Assembly: GCA_947179325.1 (NCBI GenBank)
Contig: CAMXAU010000014.1
Coordinates: 1,532-65,531, forward strand
DNA from: an uncultured Bacteroidales bacterium
GTDB lineage: Bacteria > Bacteroidota > Bacteroidia > Bacteroidales > UBA932
Direction of reading: 5' to 3'
DNA length: 64,000 nucleotides
This document shows, piece by piece, positions 28,809-37,852 of the stretch. Below the pieces are notes generated by a model. That model had not been told where the DNA came from. It searched no databases and was given only the letters and a program-made list of their open reading frames with translations. The translations under genes were made by a program, and so were the position numbers. Each line of letters starts with the position of its first letter. Position 1 is the first letter of the stretch.

Positions 28809-30317
28809 ATGGTGGTAAGAAAGAAATTAATGATGATATATGTTGCCCTGCTGCTTGTCTGTCCGGTCATGCTGCTTCCTGCTCAGGAGAGAGGTGGAAT
28901 GCTTGCCGCAAGGATGAGCCTGGAGGAGGTAATTGATTCTGCCCGGACGCGTTCGGTGTCTGCACTGGCGGCCAAGGCTTCGTTCGTGTCGAGCTACTGG
29001 GCATTCCGTTCCTATAAGGCGAGCCGTCTGCCGTCACTCAATTTCTATGGAAATCTTGCCTCATTTGACAGGTCCCTGCGTCTGCTTCAGAACTATGAGA
29101 CCGGAGAAATGGTCTATACGGGCAATTACAACATGCAGAACAAGGTCGGGCTGTCCATAAAGCAGAATATCACTTTCACGGGAGGAAGTCTTTCGCTCTA
29201 TTCTGACCTTTCCCGTATAGACCAGTTCGGAAGCAATGCCCACAAGACTTATTATGCGCAGCCGATAACCCTTTATTACGAACAGCCTCTTCTTGCCTAC
29301 AACCGTTTCAAGTGGGACAGGAAAATTTCACCGAAGGAATACGAGAAGGCAAAGAGGACATATCTGGAGGCTATGGAGGCTGTTACAATCCGTGCCGTGA
29401 AGTATTATTTTGACTTGATGAAGGCCAAGCTCAACCACGAAAAGGCCGTGACCAACTATTCCAACACCCGTCAGATGTGCTCTGTGGCGGCAGAACGCAT
29501 GAGTCTTGGCAGCGTGACACGTGATGAATATCTCCAGCTTGAGCTGCGCATGCTTAACGACAGCATTTCAATCAATGAGTCGGCAATCAGGGTGAAGGAG
29601 GCGCAGATGACGCTCAATTCCCTTCTTGGCTACGGTGAAGGACTTGAGATTGAACCGGAAGTCACAGGAGAATTGCCTGATATCTGGATGGATTATGATG
29701 TGGTAATGTCCAAGGCTCTGGAGAATTCTTCATTCCTGCTTGACAATGAAATCCGGGTGCTCAATGCGGAGTCTGCCATTGCCCAGGCAAAGGCCAACAG
29801 AGGGGCTTCCGTCTCCCTGAGCGCAAGGTTCGGACTTAGCAATTCCAACGGGCATTTCCGTGAGACCTATACAGGCCTTCTCGACCAGGAAGTGGTGGGC
29901 ATCACATTCTCTGTTCCGATTTTCGACTGGGGACTTGGCAAGGGACGTGTGAAGAATGCCAAGGCAAAGGCGGCTGTGGTGAAGGCAGAAGTCGCACAGG
30001 CTGAGCAGGACTACCGTAGAAGTGTCTATACGGCAGTGGGACAGTTCAACAACCAGAGGCAGCAATGCATGGTTTCTGCACGTGCAAGCCGGATAGCACA
30101 GGAACGCTACTCGCTGATGATGGAGAAATTCCGTAGCGGACGGGCTTCCGTTACCGACCTGAATACGGCACAGAACGAGAATGATTCCGCAGTGAGCCGT
30201 TATGTGACTGACCTGAGCAATTTCTGGAACTATTATTATACTCTCAGGCAGCTGACCCTGTATGATTTCATCCGTAATGCGGATATTGATGTTGATTTTC
30301 TTGAACTTATAAGATAA
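28809..30317 (+). CDS. TolC-family outer membrane channel
   Basis: ORF 28794..30317; signal peptide; LSLEEVI-like start, VPIFDWG, two OEP-like coiled-coil repeats. Confidence 0.9.
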   Translation: MVVRKKLMMIYVALLLVCPVMLLPAQERGGMLAARMSLEEVIDSARTRSVSALAAKASFVSSYWAFRSYKASRLPSLNFYGNLASFDRSLRLLQNYETGEMVYTGNYNMQNKVGLSIKQNITFTGGSLSLYSDLSRIDQFGSNAHKTYYAQPITLYYEQPLLAYNRFKWDRKISPKEYEKAKRTYLEAMEAVTIRAVKYYFDLMKAKLNHEKAVTNYSNTRQMCSVAAERMSLGSVTRDEYLQLELRMLNDSISINESAIRVKEAQMTLNSLLGYGEGLEIEPEVTGELPDIWMDYDVVMSKALENSSFLLDNEIRVLNAESAIAQAKANRGASVSLSARFGLSNSNGHFRETYTGLLDQEVVGITFSVPIFDWGLGKGRVKNAKAKAAVVKAEVAQAEQDYRRSVYTAVGQFNNQRQQCMVSARASRIAQERYSLMMEKFRSGRASVTDLNTAQNENDSAVSRYVTDLSNFWNYYYTLRQLTLYDFIRNADIDVDFLELIR

Positions 30318-30321
30318 TAGG

Positions 30322-31407
30322 ATGGCTATGGATATTTATAGAACAATGATTGTTTCCGTTGCTGCATTTTCAGTAGCTTATGGATGTGGAGTCAAGGGTG
30401 GAAATGACGGAGGACGTGACGGAAGGCTCCAGTATACTCCTGAGGTGAATAAGGTGGAGGTCATGGAACTGAAGCGGTGCAGTTTCATGAGACAGCTGAC
30501 CGCCAATGGCAAGCTTGTCGCTGCAGGAAAGAGCTCCCTGTCGTTCAACACTTCCGGTACGGTGTCTGAGCTATATGTCAGCAATGGCCAGTCTGTCAGG
30601 GCTGGAGATGTGCTTGCCGAGCTGGAGCAGCGTGAGAAGAAGCTTGCATTGGAGGCGGCGGGCATTTCCCTGGAGAAGGCAGAGATAGATTTTTATGACG
30701 TTCTTGCCGGGCAGGGCTATCAGGCCAGGGATACGGCATCTGTTCCTAAGGATATCCTTGATATGGCAAAGATGCGTTCCGGCTACAGGTCAGCATTGAA
30801 CAGCTATCAGAGGGCGGCCATAGATTTTGAACGGACAGTGCTCAAGGCCCCTTTTGCCGGCAAAGTGGCTGACGTGAAGTTCAGGAAATATGACAATGTG
30901 TCTTCCGGGGCCTTCTGTATGCTGATTGACGACAGTATGCTTGATGTGGACTTCTCCGTCCTGGAGTCTGAATATAGCTTTGTAAAGGAAGGCCTTACGG
31001 TGTCTGTCGCTCCTTTCACCGGAGCCGGTGTGGCTCTGGAGGGGCATGTTACGGAAATAAACCCGACAGTGGACAAGTATGGGCTTGTGGCTGTGAGGGC
31101 ACGTGTCAGGAATGACGGCAGCCTTATTGACGGTATGAATGTGAGTGTGACGGTCTGCAGGGATGTCCCGGATGTGTTGGTGGTCCCTAAAAGTGCAGTG
31201 GTGATAAGGGATAATCTGGATGTGCTGTTCAGATATAAGGACGGAAAGGCAATGTGGACATATGTCCATGTGCTTATGTCCAACAGTGCCAGCCATGTGG
31301 TGACGGCAAATACGGACCGTGGGGCGGAGCTGAATGAAGGTGACATGGTCATTGTATCCGGAAACCTTAATCTCGGTGACGGCTCGTCCGTAGAAATCGT
31401 AGACTGA
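30322..31407 (+). CDS. RND periplasmic adaptor (membrane fusion protein)
   Basis: Lipoyl half motifs G.VSELYV.NGQ.V.AGD and LKAPFAGKV; LVVPKSAV. Confidence 0.92.
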   Translation: MAMDIYRTMIVSVAAFSVAYGCGVKGGNDGGRDGRLQYTPEVNKVEVMELKRCSFMRQLTANGKLVAAGKSSLSFNTSGTVSELYVSNGQSVRAGDVLAELEQREKKLALEAAGISLEKAEIDFYDVLAGQGYQARDTASVPKDILDMAKMRSGYRSALNSYQRAAIDFERTVLKAPFAGKVADVKFRKYDNVSSGAFCMLIDDSMLDVDFSVLESEYSFVKEGLTVSVAPFTGAGVALEGHVTEINPTVDKYGLVAVRARVRNDGSLIDGMNVSVTVCRDVPDVLVVPKSAVVIRDNLDVLFRYKDGKAMWTYVHVLMSNSASHVVTANTDRGAELNEGDMVIVSGNLNLGDGSSVEIVD

Positions 31408-31409
31408 CT

Positions 31410-34400
31410 ATGCTGAACAGACTGATAGACCGCCCTATAAGTGTCACGATGGTCCTCCTCGTGGTGCTTGTGCTTGGAATCACAGCAATCCGTCTTCTCC
31501 CTGTGTCCCTGATTCCTGATGTGGATGTGCCTTATATTACGGTTCAGGTGACAGCTCCGGACCTTTCCGCGCGGGAGATAGACGAGACCATCCTCAAGCC
31601 GCTCAGGCAGCAGCTTGTGCAGGTCGGTTCTCTTGAAGATGTAAGGAGCGAGGCTAAAGACGGAAGCGGTACCGTTGCCCTGACCTTCTCTCAAGGTGCT
31701 GACATGGATTATCTCTTTATCGAGGTCAACGAGAAAATTGACAGGTGCATGTCATCGTTCCGGGATGTGGAGAGGCCGAAAGTCCTCAAGTCCGGTGCTG
31801 CTGATATTCCGGCTTTCTATGTCAACATCACCCTCCGGGATGAAACGGTCCTGCCGGATGAGACTGATAGGGGACTGTTTCCGGTGTCCCAGTCGTTTCT
31901 TGACATGAGTTGTTTCGCTTCAGATGTAGTGGCCAAGAGGATTGAGCAGCTTAAGGAGGTCGCAATGGTTGACCTGAGCGGTGGTGTGCGTCCGGAGCTT
32001 CTGATTATCCCTGACAGGGATGCGCTGAAGAGATTGGGCATGACGGAGTCTGGTTTTGAGAATGTAGTCAAGGCTGCCGATATCCGCCTTGGCAGTCTGA
32101 CTATAAGGGACGGGGAGTACCGCTATAATGTGAAGTTCCGCTCTTTTGCTTCAGACAGGTCCGATATAGAGGACCTTTATCTGGAAGTTGGCGGTAAGGT
32201 GATGCAGGTCAAGGATATTGCCCGTGTGATAGAGCATCCTTCCAAGAGGACAGGGCTGGTGATGTCCGACGGCAGGGATGCTGTGACCATGGCAGTGATA
32301 AAGCAGAGCAGCGCCAGGATGGCAGAACTGAAGAAGGCTATGAACAGTCTGATGAAGCAGTTCCGCCGTGACTATCCTGAAATGGAGTTTACCGTGACGC
32401 GTGACCAGACAGAGCTTCTGGAATATTCCATTGACAATCTGATTCAGAATATAGTAGTGGGTATCCTGCTGGCCTGTCTGATAATTTTCCTTTTCATGAA
32501 GGATTTCAGGTCTCCTATGCTGGTGGTTTTCACCATTCCTGCCGCACTGGTGTTCTCGATGCTTGTCTTCTACGTGATAGGATTGACCATCAATATCATA
32601 TCACTTTCCGGCCTTGTGCTTGGAGTGGGAATGATGGTGGACAATACCATAGTGCTTATAGACAATATCACGGCACGGTGGCAGAGGGGAGAACAGCTGC
32701 GCCGTGCAGTTGTGAAAGGTACATCGGAAGTGCTTGCTCCTATGCTGAGTTCCATGCTCACTACATGTGCAGTATTCATCCCGCTGATTTTTATGAGCGG
32801 TATAGCCGGAGCCATGTTCTATGACCAGGCTATGGCAATAACAGTGGTGCTTGCCACATCGTATGTGGTGACTGTGACTGTCGTGCCTGTATATTACTGG
32901 TGGTGGTACCACAGATCCGATGCTTTTGTGCCGAACCGCTTTCTTGAACGGCTGTCTTCCGGGAAGGGTGTACTTATGTATGAAAAGGGTGTGGAATGGC
33001 TCGTGAGGCGAAGATTGGTCTGCTGGGGAGTCCTTGCGGTGTCGGTTGCCGGCATCATCGTGTGTTTTTCATATATGCCCAAGGAGAAGCTTCCCGAAGT
33101 TACCTACACGGACACTTTGTTGAAAATCAACTGGAACAGCCAGCTTGCGCTTGACAGGAATACAGAGCGTGTCAGACGTCTGGACTCTTTGGCGAAAGGC
33201 TACTCCATGCAGTCCACTGCGCTTGTGGGGATGCAGCAGTTTGTCCTCGGCCATAGCGGGGACCAGTCTGTTTCAGAGACTACGGTCTATCTTAAGGCTC
33301 ACGATGCCCATAGCCTTGGCAGGCTTAAGGATGAGATTTCTACATTTCTTATGAAGGAATATCCCGACTGCATATATTCCTTTGAGTCTTCGGGCAATAT
33401 TTTCGACATGGTCTTTTCCGAAAAGGAACCTGAACTTCTTGCGCGTTTCCGTCCTGTGTCTCTTCCGGAGCTTGATGTGGAGTCCATTCAGGGGCTGACT
33501 TCAGACCTTGCACGTAGTCTTCCATATCTGCATATACCTCCGGTCCCTCTCAAGACAGATGTCCTGTATGTCGCAGATCCTCAGGTGATGGCGCTTTACG
33601 GTGTGTCATACTCCCAGCTTGCAGGGGTTCTGAAGAATGCCCTCAATGAGAACCGTCTGTTCAATATTGTCCAGGGGGACAGGACATTGCCTGTAGTCAT
33701 GGGTGTTGACACAAGGGAGATGGACGATATTGTCCGGAACACCTTCCTGTATCGTGACGGTGCCGGACTGCCGGTGAGTGCTTTTATGAAGCAGACATAC
33801 GAAGAGGACCTCAAGAGTATAGTTTCCGGGGTGGAGGGCAGCTACTATCCTCTTCCGCTTGACCTCCCTGACAGCGATGTCTCCAGTGTCATGGATGACA
33901 TCCGCGAAGTGACATACAGGAACGGGAATTTCGATGTAAGCTTTACTGGGTCATATTTCAGCAGCAGGAAGATGGTCAGGGAACTTGCTCTTGTGCTTAT
34001 TGTGGCTGTAGTCCTTCTTTACCTCATACTTGCCTCTCAGTTCGAGTCCCTTGTCCAGCCTCTGATAATCCTGTCAGAAATTGTGATAGACATTTTTGTC
34101 TCACTTGCCGTGCTCTGGCTCTGTGGCGCATCCGTCAATCTCATGTCAATGATAGGCCTTGTGGTCGTGTGTGGCATCGTCATCAATGATTCCATCCTTA
34201 AGATTGACACCATCAACAGGCTGCGGCGTTCCGGAACGGGACTCTACCATGCCATTCTTCTCGGGGGGCAAAGAAGGCTGAAGGCTATAGTCATGACTTC
34301 ATTGACTACAATCCTTGCGGTATGTCCGTTTCTTGTCCGGGGTAATATGGGGGCGGACCTCCAGTATCCTATGTCACTTGTCATCATTGCGGGAATGATA

Positions 34401-34469
34401 ACAGGTACTGCTGTCAGTCTCTTCTTTGTGCCGATTGTCTATTATGAAATATACAGGAAGAGGAAATGA
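31410..34469 (+). CDS. RND transporter permease, subunit 1
   Basis: LIDRPISV start, LPVSLIPDVD, GMMVDNTIV, LASQFES, RRLKAIVMTSLTT. Confidence 0.92.
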   Translation: MLNRLIDRPISVTMVLLVVLVLGITAIRLLPVSLIPDVDVPYITVQVTAPDLSAREIDETILKPLRQQLVQVGSLEDVRSEAKDGSGTVALTFSQGADMDYLFIEVNEKIDRCMSSFRDVERPKVLKSGAADIPAFYVNITLRDETVLPDETDRGLFPVSQSFLDMSCFASDVVAKRIEQLKEVAMVDLSGGVRPELLIIPDRDALKRLGMTESGFENVVKAADIRLGSLTIRDGEYRYNVKFRSFASDRSDIEDLYLEVGGKVMQVKDIARVIEHPSKRTGLVMSDGRDAVTMAVIKQSSARMAELKKAMNSLMKQFRRDYPEMEFTVTRDQTELLEYSIDNLIQNIVVGILLACLIIFLFMKDFRSPMLVVFTIPAALVFSMLVFYVIGLTINIISLSGLVLGVGMMVDNTIVLIDNITARWQRGEQLRRAVVKGTSEVLAPMLSSMLTTCAVFIPLIFMSGIAGAMFYDQAMAITVVLATSYVVTVTVVPVYYWWWYHRSDAFVPNRFLERLSSGKGVLMYEKGVEWLVRRRLVCWGVLAVSVAGIIVCFSYMPKEKLPEVTYTDTLLKINWNSQLALDRNTERVRRLDSLAKGYSMQSTALVGMQQFVLGHSGDQSVSETTVYLKAHDAHSLGRLKDEISTFLMKEYPDCIYSFESSGNIFDMVFSEKEPELLARFRPVSLPELDVESIQGLTSDLARSLPYLHIPPVPLKTDVLYVADPQVMALYGVSYSQLAGVLKNALNENRLFNIVQGDRTLPVVMGVDTREMDDIVRNTFLYRDGAGLPVSAFMKQTYEEDLKSIVSGVEGSYYPLPLDLPDSDVSSVMDDIREVTYRNGNFDVSFTGSYFSSRKMVRELALVLIVAVVLLYLILASQFESLVQPLIILSEIVIDIFVSLAVLWLCGASVNLMSMIGLVVVCGIVINDSILKIDTINRLRRSGTGLYHAILLGGQRRLKAIVMTSLTTILAVCPFLVRGNMGADLQYPMSLVIIAGMITGTAVSLFFVPIVYYEIYRKRK

Positions 34470-37400
34470 AAGTGAACAGCGGCATAAGGATTCCTTCGTT
34501 TTCGGTCCTGCTCATCACTGCGGTGATTGCGGTGCTTGGCATTGCATCTGTACCAATGCTCAATGTCCGCTACACTCCGGAACAGGCCGGGAATACAATC
34601 AGCGTCTCGTTTTCGTGGAACGGTGTCTCCGCAAGGATAATGGAGGCGGAGGTTACATCCAGGATTGAGGGTGTGCTTTCCGGTATCAGGGACAACAGCG
34701 GTGTCAGTTCCACATCTGACCGCGGAAAGGGAAGCGTACGGGTCAAGTTCAGGAAAGGTACGGATATGGCTGCCGCCCGTTTTGAGGTGGCGTCACGTAT
34801 CAGGAACATATATCCAAAGCTTCCGGAAGGTGTCAGCTATCCGGCCATTTCTCTTGGTACAAGAGGGACAGGGGGCACTACGGCGGTGACATTTGTCCTG
34901 AAGGCGGACATTCCCTCCAAGGAGATAGAGAAATTTGTGACTGCAAGGCTGATGACACCGTTGTCACGTATAGATGGTGTGGAGAAAGTCTCTTTCTGGG
35001 GGGCATCGCCTTTCGAATGGGTGGTGACCTTCGACATGCACAAGGCCGATGCTGTAGGGGTGGATGCAGATGCCATAGCTTCTGCGTTCAACTACTGGTT
35101 TGGTGCAGAGATGATAGGGATGGCAAGTACGGATGACGGGATGGTGAGTGTAAAGCTTGCATGCATGTCGGGTGAGGACTTCGGTGATATTCCGATTGTC
35201 AACAGAAACGGCAGGATTGTGTATCTGAGGGAAATTGCTGATTTCCGCTATCAGGAGTCGCTGCCGAGTTCATATCACAGGATCAACGGTCTGAACACCA
35301 TAAACCTTTCCGTGTCAGTGGAACCGGAGACCAACCTTCTGCGGATGTCGTCTGAAATAAGGTCGACGATGAGCGGGCTGGAGGCGTCTTTTCCGGAAGA
35401 GATAACAGTATCTGTCAGTCATGATGCATCAGAATACATTGCAAAGGAGCTTGACAGGATATATTTCAGGACTTTTCTGTGTCTCCTTGTCCTTCTTGTA
35501 TTTGTGTTCCTTGTCAGCCGCTCCTGGCGATACCTGTTCGTGATAGCCCTTACCCTTGTCGCGGACATACTCGCGGCGATAGTGCTCTATAACCTGCTTG
35601 ACATAACCGTGCATATCTATACGCTTGCCGGAATAACAGTCTCCCTCGGTATCATGATAGATACAGCGATAGTGATGGCGGACCATTATTCATACTGCCG
35701 GAACCGTTCAGTCTTTCCTGCTCTTCTCGGTGCGACGGGCACTACGGTGGGTGCGCTTTGCGTAATACTTCTTCTCCCGGAGCAGGACAGGAAGAACCTC
35801 ACTGACTTTGCATGGATCATCATGGTCAACCTGTCAGTTTCCTTGATTACTGCATATCTCTTCATTCCTTCGCTGATAGACAGATATCCGTTAAGGAGAT
35901 CGGCGTACAGCCTTTCTCTGAAAAGGCGCAGGAGAATAATCAGGTGGAACAGACGGTATCAGGCTTTCATAGAGGCATGCCTTCGCCGCAGATGGGTGTT
36001 GGCCGTTGTACTTGTGGCTTCTTTCGGCATTCCTACCTGCCTTCTGCCCGAGAAGCTCGGTTCCAGAAACCCTGACCGGATGCAGAAGGTCTACAATGGG
36101 ATTATGGGGTGGCCTCCGTATGCCGACAACCGGAAAGATGTTGACGGGATTCTCGGCACTTCGTTCGCCATGTTCAGCAAGGCTATGGACCGTTCTGACT
36201 TTTATCGTGAGCCGGGACGCCAGTCCCTGCAGATAGATGCAGCAATGCCTGAGGGATGTACGGTCGGCCAGCTCAACGAAGTGGTCAGGAGCATGGAGAA
36301 CTATCTCTGCAAGTTCGGGCAGATTGAAATGTTCACTACGGATGTCAAAAGTTATGACAACGCATCCATCTCCGTCAGCTTCAGGCCGGAATATGAAAAT
36401 ACCTCCTTTCCAGCGGAACTCAAGTCCCAGGTGATATCAATGGCAAACAATTTCGGCGGGGCCACATGGCGGGTCTATGGGGTGAACAACAATTATTTCA
36501 GCAATAATGTCCGTTCTGATTATAAGTCATATACAATCTCGCTTAAAGGGTACAATTATGATGAACTTGTCAGCTATGCTGACACTCTGATGGATATCCT
36601 TTCAGTTAACCGGCGAGTGTCCGAACTGGAGTTTGTAACTCCTTCCGGACGGCTTCCGGTCAATGAGTACAACATGGAATATGATTTCGGGAAAATGTCG
36701 GTATCCGGAGTAAATCCTTATAGATACTACCAGAAGCTGTCTACAGTTCTGTATCAGCGTAACCTTGTTTCAGTGGTGGAGGACGGGGAGATGACGTCCG
36801 TGGTCCTGAAATCTTCAGAGTCGGAGAATTTTGACTATTGGCATGTCGTGAACTCGCAGGTTAGGGTAGATTCCACATATGCGAGGCTGTCTGAACTCGG
36901 GTCGGTGGAGAAAAGAAGGACCGGCTTCCCGATAGTGAGGAACAACCAGTCCTACGAGGTGAAGGTGGGATTCAACTTCATAGGTTCTTATGAACTTTCC
37001 AATTCTTTGATAAGCAAGACTGTAAAATATATGAATGATGAAGTCCTTCCTGTTGGCTATAAGGCGTCTTCACGTGGATGGGGAGTATGGTCTCAGGAAA
37101 AGAAAGGCAAATATGGAAAGCTGATTCTGCTTGTGGCGGCAATAATCTTTGTGATGTGCGCTACGGTCTTCAATTCTTTGAGGCTTCCTTTTGCTGTTAT
37201 TCTCATGATACCCGTGTCTTTCATCGGGGTTTTCCTTGCGTTCGGGCTGTCGGACTTCACTTTTGATCAGGGTGGCTTTGCGGCTTTTGTCATGTTGAGC
37301 GGAGTGGTGGTCAATGCGGGGATCTATCTTGTGGACACTTTCCGGAAAGACAGGAGCGGACGTAGTGATGTAAGGAGATATATCAGGGCATTCAATCATA

Positions 37401-37600
37401 AGATAAACCCGATTATGCTTACTGTCATTTCCACAGTCCTTGGTCTGCTTCCGTTCCTTTCGGATGGCCCGGAGGAGGTGTTCTGGTTTGCATTTGCGGT
37501 GGGCACCATTTCCGGAATGCTGTTTTCTCTCATTGCCCTTGTGGTCTATCTTCCGGTCTTCTGCCTTGCCAGGCCCTCGGGAAAAGGCAAACGTGGATAA
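34466..37600 (+). CDS. RND transporter permease, subunit 2
   Basis: AcrB-like topology, GIMIDTAIV, PIMLTVIST; 4-nt overlap with subunit 1. Confidence 0.9.
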   Translation: MKVNSGIRIPSFSVLLITAVIAVLGIASVPMLNVRYTPEQAGNTISVSFSWNGVSARIMEAEVTSRIEGVLSGIRDNSGVSSTSDRGKGSVRVKFRKGTDMAAARFEVASRIRNIYPKLPEGVSYPAISLGTRGTGGTTAVTFVLKADIPSKEIEKFVTARLMTPLSRIDGVEKVSFWGASPFEWVVTFDMHKADAVGVDADAIASAFNYWFGAEMIGMASTDDGMVSVKLACMSGEDFGDIPIVNRNGRIVYLREIADFRYQESLPSSYHRINGLNTINLSVSVEPETNLLRMSSEIRSTMSGLEASFPEEITVSVSHDASEYIAKELDRIYFRTFLCLLVLLVFVFLVSRSWRYLFVIALTLVADILAAIVLYNLLDITVHIYTLAGITVSLGIMIDTAIVMADHYSYCRNRSVFPALLGATGTTVGALCVILLLPEQDRKNLTDFAWIIMVNLSVSLITAYLFIPSLIDRYPLRRSAYSLSLKRRRRIIRWNRRYQAFIEACLRRRWVLAVVLVASFGIPTCLLPEKLGSRNPDRMQKVYNGIMGWPPYADNRKDVDGILGTSFAMFSKAMDRSDFYREPGRQSLQIDAAMPEGCTVGQLNEVVRSMENYLCKFGQIEMFTTDVKSYDNASISVSFRPEYENTSFPAELKSQVISMANNFGGATWRVYGVNNNYFSNNVRSDYKSYTISLKGYNYDELVSYADTLMDILSVNRRVSELEFVTPSGRLPVNEYNMEYDFGKMSVSGVNPYRYYQKLSTVLYQRNLVSVVEDGEMTSVVLKSSESENFDYWHVVNSQVRVDSTYARLSELGSVEKRRTGFPIVRNNQSYEVKVGFNFIGSYELSNSLISKTVKYMNDEVLPVGYKASSRGWGVWSQEKKGKYGKLILLVAAIIFVMCATVFNSLRLPFAVILMIPVSFIGVFLAFGLSDFTFDQGGFAAFVMLSGVVVNAGIYLVDTFRKDRSGRSDVRRYIRAFNHKINPIMLTVISTVLGLLPFLSDGPEEVFWFAFAVGTISGMLFSLIALVVYLPVFCLARPSGKGKRG

Positions 37601-37645
37601 TATGATGAATTGAGACAGGATTACATATTTATGCACCGGATTTCA

Positions 37646-37697
37646 TCTGCGTGCAGGGCTTCATGAACCATTTGAGCCCTGCACGCAGAATTTTTTT
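37646..37697 (+). terminator. Intrinsic terminator after the RND operon
   Basis: 15-bp stem TCTGCGTGCAGGGCT / AGCCCTGCACGCAGA followed by ATTTTTTT. Confidence 0.88.
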
Positions 37698-37717
37698 AAT
37701 AAAGTTTGTAAATATGT

Positions 37718-37852
37718 TTAGGGTATTTAAAAAAACTTAAGTCTTATATGCAGGAATGCGGATTCTGGTTGAGCCGCGTCTATTGATGTAACACTAAACT
37801 TTCTGTTGATGAAAACAAGTCATTTTCTGTATGTGATTCTTTTGAATCTCCT
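37718..37852 (+). repeat. Right direct repeat (intact ECF-type promoter and start of the phosphoesterase gene)
   Basis: Matches 19181-19256, plus 58 bp (37765-37822, containing the start codon) that the left copy lacks. Confidence 0.9.

Larger units (their letters stand above)
19181..37852. mobile_element. Direct-repeat-bounded genomic island (no integrase in window) carrying the NVEALA peptide/export cluster
   Basis: Flanking duplication, AT-rich core (~23.2-28.7 kb), several gene remnants, content unrelated to the flanking PULs. Confidence 0.6.

Noticed and set aside
19181-37852. Autonomous ICE, prophage or transposon
   Set aside because: No integrase, relaxase, tra, phage or transposase genes recognised.
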